From Balanoglossus misakiensis (Eukaryota; Animalia; Hemichordata), in the NCBI GenBank assembly GCA_040954595.2, contig CM082595.2, positions 1,552,635-1,616,634 of the forward strand: a stretch of DNA of 64,000 nt, in the 5' to 3' direction. The number at the start of each line of letters is the position of its first letter. The stretch's first letter is position 1. Positions 14,493 through 27,341 of this stretch are shown here, in pieces. The position numbers and the translations under genes are program-made. The notes below the pieces were generated by a model. It was not told where the DNA came from. It made no database searches and was given only the letters and a program-made list of their open reading frames with translations.

Positions 14493-17400
14493 ATGGCAGC
14501 TGAGGAAAAACAGACTGATATCGCTGGCGGGAAAATTGATCACAACTTGAACGAGGATGTTTCATCAATACCCATCACAGATGGAAACGATGTGAAAGTC
14601 GAAATGAAGGTAATGTACCACTTATTTAAATATTCGGTCAGAGCTCAAACTTTTTGGAGTCGGTTCAGAAATATTTTATCGGATTAACACAGTGCCATAA
14701 GCGACTAAATAAGAAAAAAAGGTAGCTAAGTTCAAGTCGGTGATATTTTTCGAGAGTGAACTTATACTTGTTGAGAAATTTTAAACAAATTTGTTGAGTC
14801 ACAATCCCTCCACATGTAGAGATTCTGTGGCTGAGAAAATGGGCCTCGTTTATTATTTAACGACCTTTCGACAAAGGTCGCCCGCGAACGACAAACGGAC
14901 GGTAAAGTGAAGCGAGGCTTCGAAACAATTCGGTATAAGAAGGCTAAGCAAGGGAAAAGCTGTTCAAATCTCCTCCATTGTTCAAGATGTCAAACGTTGG
15001 CATTTGCAAAGTTTACTCAGCAACAGTGCAAACTGTACATTCTGAACAGAGGTCCATAGTGCGAACACTATAAATCGTGGTCAGCAATGTGTATTGATTC
15101 TAATCTTGCATGTGTCAACACTATGTATTTTTATTATTCACTGACATTTGTCTAATATAAAAATGTGTATAATAAATAATTGCTTGTGTAAACTAACCTT
15201 AAAATGTCTATACAGGTTATAATGCAGCATTTTTATGAATGCTCACATCGACATCTTATTTCAAGTCTAGCTTCCACACTTTTTCATACACCATACTTTT
15301 GAATTCTTTTTCAAACAGGGAAAGTTGACGGCTTGGGTCGTCTATGCAACGGCCATTGTGTCATGTTTTTCATCCCTGCAGTTCGGTTACAATACAGGAG
15401 TGATGACGGGAGCATCTAGTGTAAGTCTGGGTAATTAGCTAATACATGTACGCCATCTTCATGACCTCTCGAGTGACCTTACATCCGGGTATTTTGTTGC
15501 TATGACGTCATATATCATCCACCATTTTGTGGCGTACTATATTCAAAAGTTTCATAAAAATGGTAAACCCATACCAACTACATGTAGATGCCAGATGTAA
15601 TGTCACAAAGGGGTCATGAGCCTGCTTTCACCTTTCAACTTTCCCCATATTACTGTGCTATCAATGATGGGATTCCAAAATAACCATGGCTACCCCACAC
15701 ATGATGTCAGTCAAGAATAAAGAATCGAGTTGTACAACATGACTGTAGAATTTACATTGGATCAAAATTTTCGGTTCTCTGTTCAAACGTGTTGTGTTAA
15801 AAATCTGTTTGAAACCACATTTTACAGTTCGTCCGGGAATTTCTGAATGACTCGTACACAAGCCAAGGATATGGTGAATTTTCTGAAGTTGGTCTGACGT
15901 GGATGTATGCAGCGACTGTGTCTCTTTACACCATAGGTGGTGCTATTGGAGCACTTGCCGCTGCACCGATGGGAGATATATTAGGAAGGTGTGCATTGTT
16001 TTCTATAATATATGTATAATTGTCCTGTTTTTTTTCCTCCAAGTATACATACTATAACTGTTTCGGCCATTTTGTATTTGTCATGTTGACTTAATAGCTT
16101 GGTTTCCCTTAAAAACTTTGTTCTCTATAATACCAACACCAACAACAGCAGCAGCAACAACAATAATAAACAACAACAATTACAACAATTTCACTAAACC
16201 TTCGATTTAATTCTCCAGAAAGGGAGGACTTCTGCTGAACAACGTATTTTCTGTCTCCGCTGGTTTAATGCTCGGCTCCTGCACATATGCCAACAATTTC
16301 CAGCTATTGATCATGGGCAGGATTGTCATCGGTTTCTACGCAGGTGAGTGGTGACGTCATCGAAATATGTGCTGTCGTCAAGAGATTAATATCATGAATG
16401 TTTGATCCAGCACCATAGTTGGTGTGGTGGTGTGATCCATGGTAATGAGTTTTCACGTCCGTTCCAAACCCATTTCTGTGAAATAAGTGTAGTAGATGAA
16501 AACTGACTATTTTCTGCAGGAAAAAAGATCAAAATGTACTTTCCCATCCACATGTAGGTGCGGCTATCACAATCGTACCACTATTTCTGGCTGAGATTCC
16601 ACCAAAGAATCTCCGTGGTGCGGTGGGCGTCAACCACCAATTGGCCATCACCGTGGGGTTGTTGATTGCACAGGTAAGACGCATTTGAGATTGGTATTTT
16701 ATCTGAATTAAAGTGGACGTCGTATCAAGAATGTTGCGCTCTGATTTCACATGCGATTCAAGTTCATTTTGGATATTATAAAGTTGATTTCTACCTTCGT
16801 TTCTTCAGTGTCTTGGTCTGTTTGTCTTAAATTCGCCCAACAACTGGAACATTCTATTGTCACTGACGGGGGTGATAGGTGCTGTGGAGCTCTTCCTGCT
16901 TCCATTCTGCCCTGAAAGTCCAAGATGGCTGCTTCTGACGGACAAGAATCCAGAGGCTGCTGAAAAAGGTCAGCTTATTTTCTCTTTTTGTCGTTTAGCC
17001 ATTGCAACACAAAATTTGTTATTTATCAGTAAAATTATAATTTCTATTTTGCCGTACAGCGCTGAAGCGATACGTGGGTGCTGATGACGTCGCATTTGCT
17101 CTAAAAGAAATGAAAACTGAGTTCGCAGAGGAACACAATGAAGAAAAAGTTGGCATCATTGGTTTGTTCACAAATAAGAACTATCGGAAACCCTTGTTGA
17201 TCAGTATAGGTTTACACGCTGGTCAACAACTCTCAGGAATCAACGCAGTAAGTTATGCTTGGTGAATTTCACCTCTAATTTACACAAACCCATATATGGT
17301 CAAAGAGACGTGTCTGTCTTCGAATGACCACGTGATGGCGCACTTTGGGTGGTGCCTCACCCGTTTATTCGGCCTCCAATTGCAAAAGTACAAAACCAGT

Positions 17401-18156
17401 TTATAGGACTACTATAGCTTACACACAGGCCACTACGTACACATTTATCAATACTACACCAAACACTCCGTTAACATTATTAATCGTGTTTTCGTACATT
17501 AAGATATTCTTCTATGCAACCGAGATTTACGGCATGATATGGCCAAATGACGCCGATGCTGTATCATATGCTACAGTTGGCACGGGCGCCATCAACGTCG
17601 CCATGACGATAATATCGGTAAGTGCCATTATGGACGTTTAGATGTTTTCTATATAATGTTGGCTTGAATCTCCATCAACCTTATACATATTTATTTTACA
17701 CAGATTTATTTTTAATTTCACTGTTGATAATTTTAGGTCTTCATAATCGAGAAAACAGGACGTCGACGCTTACTGATTTATCCTTACATTGGGACCGTCA
17801 TTTTCACTGGAATCATCACAATCTCGCTGAATCTGACGGTAGGTTCATAAGAAAGTTGACATTTTGGTCAGACTGAAAGATCCAGTCGTTGTTTAGGGTC
17901 TTGAATGTTATGAACAATACAAAGTCAAGGCATATACAGATGGAGGAATAATACAGTGGACATGTCACTTTGTTTCGATATATTGTAATTTCACTTAACG
18001 TCGTCATAATTTTTTTTTAAACTACAGAATCAAAATCAAGACGCATGGGCGTTCATCAGTTTGGCTTGTGTGTATTGTTATATTGTCTGCTTTGCTGTTG
18101 GACCAGGTAAGTTATTGTGATAGACTTTCGTAGAAGTTATGATCCTCTGTCTGTCC

Positions 18157-18200
<44 letters not shown>

Positions 18201-18235
18201 GCCTGCCTGCCTGTGTCTGTCTGCCTGCCTGTCTG

Positions 18236-18268
<33 letters not shown>

Positions 18269-18397
18269 GCCTGCCTGTCTGTCTGTCTGTCTGCCTGCCT
18301 GCCTGTGTCTGTCTGTCTGCCTGCCTGCCTGTGTCTGTCTGTCTGCCTGTCTGTCTGTCTGCCTGCCTGCCTGCCTGCCTGTGTCTGTCTGTCTGCC

Positions 18398-18430
<33 letters not shown>

Positions 18431-18539
18431 GCCTGCCTGCCTGTCTGTCTGTCTGTCTGTCTGTCTGTCTGCCTGCCTGCCTGCCTGTGTCTGTCTGTCT
18501 GCCTGCCTGCCTGTGTCTGTCTGTCTGCCTGCCTGCCTG

Positions 18540-18628
<89 letters not shown>

Positions 18629-18957
18629 GCCTGTCTGCCTGCCTGTGTCTGTCTGTCTGCCTGCCTGTCTGTGTCTGTCTGTCTACCTGTCTGTCTGTCT
18701 GTCTGCCTGCCTGCCTGCCTGTGTCTGTCTGCCTGCCTGCCTGCCTGCCTGTGTCTGTCTGCCTGCCTGTGTCTGTCTGTCTGCCTGTCTGTCTGCCTGC
18801 CTGCCTGTGTCTGTCTGTCTGTCTGTCTGCCTGTGTCTGTCTGTCTGTCTGCCTGCCTGCCTGTGTCTGTCTGTCTGTCTGTCTGCCTGCCTGTGTCTGT
18901 CTGTCTGCCTGCCTGCCTGTGTCTGTCTGTCTGTCTGTCTGTCTGCCTGCCTGCCTG

Positions 18958-18998
<41 letters not shown>

Positions 18999-19045
18999 GC
19001 CTGCCTGTGTCTGTCTGCCTGCCTGTCTGTGTCTGTCTGTCTGCC

Positions 19046-19082
<37 letters not shown>

Positions 19083-19189
19083 GCCTGCCTGCCTGCCTGT
19101 GTCTGTCTGTCTGCCTGCCTGCCTGTGTCTGTCTGTCTGCCTGTCTGTCTGTCTGCCTGCCTGTGTCCGTCTGTCTGCCTGCCTGCCTG

Positions 19190-19222
<33 letters not shown>

Positions 19223-19877
19223 GCCTGCCTGCCTGTGTCTGTCTGCCTGCCTGCCTGCCTGCCTGTGTCTGTCTGCCTGCCTGTGTCTGTCTGTCTGCCT
19301 GTCTGTCTGCCTGCCTGCCTGTGTCTGTCTGTCTGTCTGTCTGCCTGTGTCTGTCTGTCTGTCTGCCTGCCTGCCTGTGTCTGTCTGTCTGTCTGTCTGC
19401 CTGCCTGTGTCTGTCTGTCTGCCAGCCTGCCTGTGTCTGTCTGTCTGTCTGTCTGTCTGCCTGCCTGCCTGTGTCTGTCTGTCTGTCTGTCTGTCTGCCT
19501 GCCTGCCTGTGTCTGTCTGTCTGTCTGTCTGTCTGCCTGCCTGCCTGTGTCTGTCTGTCTGCCTGTCTGTCTGTCTGCCTGCCTGCCTGTGTCTGTCTGC
19601 CTGCCTGCCTGCCTGTGTCTGTCTGTCTGCCTGCCTGCCTGTGTCTGTCTGCCTGCCTGCCTGCCTGCCTGTGTCTGTCTGCCTGCCTGTGTCTGTCTGT
19701 CTGCCTGTCTGTCTGTCTGCCTGCCTGCCTGTGTCTGTCTGTCTGTCTGCCTGTGTCTGTCTGTCTGTCTGCCTGCCTGCCTTTGTCTGTCTGTCTGTCT
19801 GTCTGCCTGCCTGTGTCTGTCTGTCTGCCTGCCTGCCTGTGTCTGTCTGTCTGTCTGTCTGTCTGCCTGCCTGCCTG

Positions 19878-19934
<57 letters not shown>

Positions 19935-20131
19935 GCCTGCCTGCCTGTGTCTGTCTGTCTGTCTGTCTGTCTGCCTGCCTGCCTGTGTCTGTCTGTCTGC
20001 CTGTCTGTCTGTCTGTCTGTCTGCCTGCCTGCCTGTGTCTGTCTGTCTGCCTGCCTGTGTCTGTCTGTCTGCCTGCCTGCCTGTGTCTTTCTGTCTGCCT
20101 TCCTGCCTGTGTCTGTCTGCCTGCCTGCCTG

Positions 20132-20168
<37 letters not shown>

Positions 20169-20231
20169 GCCTGCCTGCCTGCCTGCCTGTGTCTGTCTGT
20201 CTGCCTGCCTGCCTGTGTCTGTCTGTCTGCC

Positions 20232-20292
<61 letters not shown>

Positions 20293-20405
20293 GCCTGTCT
20301 GCCTGCCTGTGTCTGTCTGTCTGCCTGCCTGTCTGTGTCTGTCTGTCTGTCTGCCTGTCTGTCTGTCTGTCTGCCTGCCTGCCTGCCTGTGTCTGTCTGC
20401 CTGCC

Positions 20406-20438
<33 letters not shown>

Positions 20439-20451
20439 GCCTGCCTGCCTG

Positions 20452-20504
<53 letters not shown>

Positions 20505-20927
20505 GCCTGCCTGCCTGCCTGTGTCTGTCTGTCTGCCTGCCTGTGTCTGTCTGTCTGCCTGTCTGCCTGCCTGCCTGTCTGTCTGTCTGTCTGCCTGCCT
20601 GCCTGTGTCTGTCTGTCTGTCTGTCTGCCTGCCTGTCTGTCTGTCTGCCTGCCTGCCTGTGTCTGTCTGTCTGCCTGCCTGTGTCTGTCTGTCTGTCTGT
20701 CTGTCTGTCTGCCTGCCTGCCTGTGTCTGTCTGCCTGCCTGCCTGCCTGTGTCTGTCTGTCTGCCTGCCTGTGTCTGTCTGTCTGCCTGTCTGTCTGTCT
20801 GCCTGCCTGCCTGTGTCTGTCTGTCTGCCTGCCTGCCTGTGTCTGTCTGTCTGCCTGTCTGTCTGCCTGCCTGTCTGTGTCTGTCTGTCTGCCTGTCTGT
20901 CTGTCTGTCTGTCTGCCTGCCTGCCTG

Positions 20928-20984
<57 letters not shown>

Positions 20985-21039
20985 GCCTGCCTGCCTGCCT
21001 GTGTCTGTCTGCCTGCCTGTCTGTGTCTGTCTGTCTGCC

Positions 21040-21072
<33 letters not shown>

Positions 21073-21627
21073 GCCTGCCTGCCTGCCTGTGTCTGTCTGT
21101 CTGCCTGCCTGCCTGTGTCTGTCTGTCTGCCTGTCTGTCTGTCTGCCTGCCTATGTCTGTCTGTCTGCCTGCCTGCCTGTGTCTGTCTGTCTGTCTGTCT
21201 GCCTGCCTGCCTGTGTCTGTCTGTCTGCCTGCCTGCCTGTGTCAGTCTGCCTGCCTGCCTGCCTGCCTGCCTGTGTCTGTCTGCCTGCCTGTGTCTGTCT
21301 GTCTGCCTGTCTGTCTGCCTGCCTGCCTGTGTCTGTCTGTCTGTCTGTCTGCCTGCCCGTGTCTGTCTGTCTGCCTGCCTGCCTGTGTCTGTCTGTCTGT
21401 CTGTCTGTCTGCCTACCTGCCTGTGTCTGTCTGTCTGTCTGTCTGTCTGCCTGCCTGCCTGCCTGTGTCTGTCTGTCTGTCTGTCTGCCTGCCTGCCTGT
21501 GTCTGTCTGTCTGCCTGTCTGTCTGTCTGTCTGTCTGCCTGCCTGCCTGTGTCTGTCTGTCTGCCTGCCTGCCTGTGTCTGTCTGTCTGCCTGCCTGCCT
21601 GTGTCTTTCTGTCTGCCTGCCTGCCTG

Positions 21628-21672
<45 letters not shown>

Positions 21673-21961
21673 GCCTGCCTGCCTGCCTGCCTGTGTCTGT
21701 CTGTCTGCGTGCCTGCCTGGCTGTGTCTGTCTGTCTGTCTGTCTGCCTGCCTGCCTGTGTCTGTCTGTCTGCCTGCCTGCCTGCCTGTGTCTGTCTGTCT
21801 GTCTGTCTGCCTGCCTGCCTGTGTCTGTCTGTCTGCCTGCCTGCCTGTGTCTGTCTGTCTGCCTGTCTGTCTGTCTGTCTGCCTGCCTGCCTGTGTCTGT
21901 CTGTCTGCCTGCCTGCCTGTGTCTGTCCGTCTGCCTGCCTGCCTGTGTCTGTCTGTCTGCC

Positions 21962-21994
<33 letters not shown>

Positions 21995-22059
21995 GCCTGC
22001 CTGCCTGTGTCTTTCTGTCTGCCTGCCTGCCTGTGTCTGTCTGTCTGCCTGCCTGCCTG

Positions 22060-22112
<53 letters not shown>

Positions 22113-22285
22113 GCCTGCCTGCCTGTGTCTGTCTGTCTGTCTGCCTGCCTGCCTGTGTCTGTCTGTCTGCCTGCCTGCCTGTGTCTGTCTGTCTGCCTGT
22201 CTGTCTGTCTGTCTGTCTGTATGTCTGCCTGCCTTTGTCTGTCTGTCTTCCTGCCTGCCTGTGTCTGTCTGTCTGCCTGTCTGCC

Positions 22286-22338
<53 letters not shown>

Positions 22339-22493
22339 GCCTGTCTGCCTGCCTGTGTCTGTCTGTCTGCCTGCCTGTCTGTGTCTGTCTGTCTGTCTGC
22401 CTGTCTGTCTGTCTGTCTGCCTGCCTGCCTGCCTGTGTCTGTCTGCCTGCCTGTCTGTCTGTCTGTCTGTCTGTCTGTCTGCCTGCCTGCCTG

Positions 22494-22550
<57 letters not shown>

Positions 22551-23027
22551 GCCTGCCTGCCTGCCTGTGTCTGTCTGTCTGCCTGCCTGTGTCTGTCTGT
22601 CTGCCTGTCTGCCTGCCTGCCTGTCTGTCTGTCTGTCTGCCTGCCTGCCTGTGTCTGTCTGTCTGTCTGTCTGCCTGTCTGTCTGTCTGTCTGCCTGCCT
22701 GTGTCTGTCTGTCTGTCTGCCTGCCTGTCTGTCTGTCTGCCTGCCTGCCTGTGTCTGTCTGTCTGCCTGCCTGTGTCTGTCTGTCTGTCTGTCTGTCTGT
22801 CTGCCTGCCTGCCTGTGTCTGTCTGCCTGCCTGCCTGCCTGTGTCTGTCTGTCTGCCTGCCTGTGTCTGTCTGTCTGCCTGTCTGTCTGTCTGCCTGCCT
22901 GCCTGTGTCTGTCTGTCTGCCTGCCTGCCTGTGTCTGTCTGTCTGCCTGTCTGTCTGTCTGTCTGCCTGCCTGTCTGTGTCTGTCTGTCTGCCTGTCTGT
23001 CTGTCTGTCTGTCTGCCTGCCTGCCTG

Positions 23028-23076
<49 letters not shown>

Positions 23077-23131
23077 GCCTGCCTGCCTGCCTGTGTCTGT
23101 CTGCCTGCCTGTCTGTGTCTGTCTGTCTGCC

Positions 23132-23164
<33 letters not shown>

Positions 23165-23601
23165 GCCTGCCTACCTGTGTCTGTCTGTCTGCCTGCCTGC
23201 CTGTGTCTGTCTGTCTGCCTGTCTGTCTGTCTGCCTGCCTATGTCTGTCTGTCTGCCTGCCTGCCTGTGTCTGTCTGTCTGTCTGTCTGCCTGCCTGCCT
23301 GTGTCTGTCTGTCTGCCTGCCTGCCTGTGTCAGTCTGCCTGCCTGCCTGCCTGCCTGCCTGTGTCTGTCTGCCTGCCTGTGTCTGTCTGTCTGCCTGTCT
23401 GTCTGCCTGCCTGCCTGTGTCTGTCTGTCTGTCTGTCTGCCTGTGTCTGTCTGTCTGTCTGCCTGCCTGCCTGTGTCTGTCTGTCTGTCTGCCTGCCTGC
23501 CTGTGTCTGTCTGTCTGTCTGTCTGCCTGCCCGTGTCTGTCTGTCTGCCTGCCTGCCTGTGTCTGTCTGTCTGTCTGTCTGTCTGTCTGCCTACCTGCCT
23601 G

Positions 23602-23646
<45 letters not shown>

Positions 23647-23851
23647 GCCTGCCTGCCTGCCTGTGTCTGTCTGTCTGTCTGTCTGCCTGCCTGCCTGTGT
23701 CTGTCTGTCTGCCTGTCTGTCTGTCTGTCTGTCTGCCTGCCTGCCTGTGTCTGTCTGTCTGCCTGCCTGCCTGTGTCTGTCTGTCTGCCTGCCTGCCTGT
23801 GTCTTTCTGTCTGCCTGCCTGCCTGTGTCTGTCTGTCTGCCTGCCTGCCTG

Positions 23852-23900
<49 letters not shown>

Positions 23901-24197
23901 GCCTGCCTGCCTGCCTGTGTCTGTCTGTCTGCGTGCCTGCCTGCCTGTGTCTGTCTGTCTGTCTGTCTGCCTGCCTGCCTGTGTCTGTCTGTCTGCCTGC
24001 CTGCCTGCCTGTGTCTGTCTGTCTGTCTGTCTGCCTGCCTGCCTGTGTCTGTCTGTCTGCCTGCCTGCCTGTGTCTGTCTGTCTGCCTGTCTGTCTGTCT
24101 GTCTGTCTGTCTGTCTGCCTGCCTGCCTGTGTCTGTCTGTCTGCCTGCCTGCCTGTGTCTGTACGTCTGCCTGCCTGCCTGTGTCTGTCTGTCTGCC

Positions 24198-24234
<37 letters not shown>

Positions 24235-24309
24235 GCCTGCCTGCCTGTGTCTGTCTGTCTGCCTGCCTGTGTCTGTCTGTCTGCCTGTCTGTCTGTCTGT
24301 CTGTCTGCC

Positions 24310-24354
<45 letters not shown>

Positions 24355-24545
24355 GCCTGCCTGCCTGTGTCTGTCTGTCTGCCTGCCTGCCTGTGTCTGT
24401 CTGTCTGCCTGCCTGCCTGTGTCTGTCTGTCTGCCTGTCTGTCTGTCTGTCTGTCTGTATGTCTGCCTGCCTGTGTCTGTCTGTCTTCCTGCCTGCCTGT
24501 GTCTGTCTGTCTGCCTGTCTGTCTGTCTGTCCGCCTGCCTGCCTG

Positions 24546-24598
<53 letters not shown>

Positions 24599-24611
24599 GC
24601 CTGCCTGCCTG

Positions 24612-24652
<41 letters not shown>

Positions 24653-24707
24653 GCCTGCCTGCCTGTGTCTGTCTGTCTGTCTGCCTGCCTGTGTCTGTCT
24701 GTCTGCC

Positions 24708-24756
<49 letters not shown>

Positions 24757-24813
24757 GCCTGTGTCTGTCTGCCTGCCTGCCTGCCTGTGTCTGTCTGTCT
24801 GCCTGCCTGCCTG

Positions 24814-24860
<47 letters not shown>

Positions 24861-24931
24861 GTCTGTCTGTCTTCCTGCCTGCCTGTGTCTGTCTGTCTGC
24901 CTGTCTGTCTGTCTGTCCGCCTGCCTGCCTG

Positions 24932-24984
<53 letters not shown>

Positions 24985-24997
24985 GCCTGCCTGCCTG

Positions 24998-25038
<41 letters not shown>

Positions 25039-25093
25039 GCCTGCCTGCCTGTGTCTGTCTGTCTGTCTGCCTGCCTGTGTCTGTCTGTCTGCC

Positions 25094-25142
<49 letters not shown>

Positions 25143-25199
25143 GCCTGTGTCTGTCTGCCTGCCTGCCTGCCTGTGTCTGTCTGTCTGCCTGCCTGCCTG

Positions 25200-25272
<73 letters not shown>

Positions 25273-25439
25273 GCCTGCCTGTGTCTGTCTGTCTGTCTGT
25301 CTGTCTGTCTGCCTGCCTGCCTGCCTGTGTCTGTCTGTCTGCCTGCCTGCCTGTGTCTGTCTGTCTGCCTGTCTGCCTGTCTGTCTGTCTGTCTGTCTGT
25401 CTGTCTGCATGTGTCTGTCTGTCTGCCTGTCTGTCTGCC

Positions 25440-25492
<53 letters not shown>

Positions 25493-25531
25493 GCCTGCCT
25501 GCCTGTGTCTGTCTGTGTGCCTGCCTGCCTG

Positions 25532-25614
<83 letters not shown>

Positions 25615-26195
25615 GTCTGTCTGTCTGTCTGTCTGCCTGTCTGTCTGTCTGTCTGTCTGCCTGCCTGCCTGCCTGTGTCTGTCTGTCTGCCTGCCTGTCT
25701 GTGTCTGTCTGCTTATCTGTCTGTTTTTGATTTCAAATTCCATTTTATATTATTTCTTGAATCCTAGGACCAATACCATATGTCTTAGTAGCTGAACTGT
25801 GGTCACAGGGACCCCGGCCTGCCGCCATGAGTGTTTCCATTCAGATCAACTGGTACTGTAACTTTCTGGTCGGATTGACGTTTCCAATACTGCAGGTATT
25901 TTCAAATACATTATTTTACATTTGTTGATTTAAATAGAATGTATGGAAGACATGCCTGTACTGTCATGTAGTATTTTGAACTTATATTCTCAATTTTTAT
26001 TTTGCAATTTCCCAGGATTCATTGGGCGCGTACACGTTCTTGGTATACATGGGTTTTCTGGTTCTGACAACCATCTTCACCATCTTCTTCGTTCCTGAAA
26101 CTAAAAACAAGACATTTGAAGAAATCGTCTCTCAGTTTCGCAGGGAGAGAAAACCTGACCCTGAAGACGGAATCAACATGTGCGAAGCTCAGTAA
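14493..26195 (+). CDS. SLC2A: SLC2A/GLUT facilitated sugar transporter, paralog A; exons 14493-14609, 15319-15420, 15828-15988, 16219-16343, 16558-16673, 16809-16968, 17060-17247, 17504-17617, 17737-17838, 18028-18106, 25768-25895, 26016-26195
   Basis: Sugar porter motifs [67 protein letters not shown] and [12 protein letters not shown] across GT-AG junctions. Confidence 0.93.
18146..25724 (+). repeat. ~7.6 kb compound satellite of (TCTG)n(CCTG)m(TG) units in intron 10 of SLC2A paralog A
   Basis: Directly visible. The + strand is almost free of A, which explains the three spurious ~2500-aa ORFs. Confidence 0.98.
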
Positions 26196-27341
26196 ATGGA
26201 AAGTGGTTTGCACTAATTTCCAACAGGCTAGGATAGATTTTTTTCACAAATTGAATCGATGACATATACTAAAGTTTGTTTCATTAATCACTTCAGGCGA
26301 TGATTTTAGATTCTGTGGAACGCGGAAATGCGCATATCAGCTGCGCACATGTGTATTTCGATTGGTCGTCATGTGACGGAAATGTCAAAGCTTTTTTATC
26401 TTTGGATATTAGCCAGAACTGTTAGGTCGACCACAGTCAGATCCAATCACATGACCTTTGCCTCAATGATCGCATTCCATAGAGCTAAACATTAATTTTT
26501 ATTTGATATTTCAGTTGCGGAGTAAAATGACAAAATCAACTCTGAGAAATGCGTCATATCAGAGAGCAATTCTACCAAATGTTATTGTTCGATGTATTTG
26601 CTTTGCAAACTGAACCTGTTTTTGTTAATGACGTCATGAGTTTGTTCACCTGGGATGCCCTTTGATGTATGGCACAGTGAGCGTGCGCACTATGTAAGCA
26701 AGCGTCCTCAGACGACCGAAATCTGATAACGCACGCAGTTGTACACAGGAGAGCAATATATTGCACAGCTGATCAACAATGTATCTCTGCTATGTTATGC
26801 ACAGTGAATGTTTCAATAAGTTTTATCAACATGATTTGAGAACAGTACTCCAAAATTAAATTTGAACCTGCCTAAATAAAAGCTGGGACGCTGCTGATCT
26901 GATAAGTTGCTGGATCGAGTGTCAAACTATCATTTGTGCTGTTTGCTCTGACAAGACCTTTGTCACAGATTGATGGCCCAACCTACTACAAGTTGGGTAG
27001 AATACATATGCCTTGCAGAGCAAATAAAACAGACTGCACCTTTTGCAAATATTACACCAATTATTGTCGGATTATTTCTTTCCTTTTAAATAATTTTTTT
27101 GTAAAATATGTCTAATTCTGATTTGACTTTTTGTAAATGTATGACCTTTTCATTTATTTGTTGTATTCCATGTCGTAAAACCTCAGCGATCTTTATACAT
27201 TTACGATAGATGTTAATATTTAATATTGTTTATCTAACAACCGAATTATTTCGACTGCTCCTGGGACGAGGACAGACACACAAGACTGCAGTACCAATTA
27301 CACCCAGTTGGAAAACTTGACTCGCTGTTTTGTTGGCCAAA

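Noticed and set aside
18117-25795. Three ~2500-aa Cys/Leu/Ser/Val ORFs on + and an 834-aa QTDR ORF on -
   Set aside because: These are translations of the satellite. The near absence of A on the + strand removes stop codons in all frames, and the region lies within a GT-AG intron of an intact GLUT gene.
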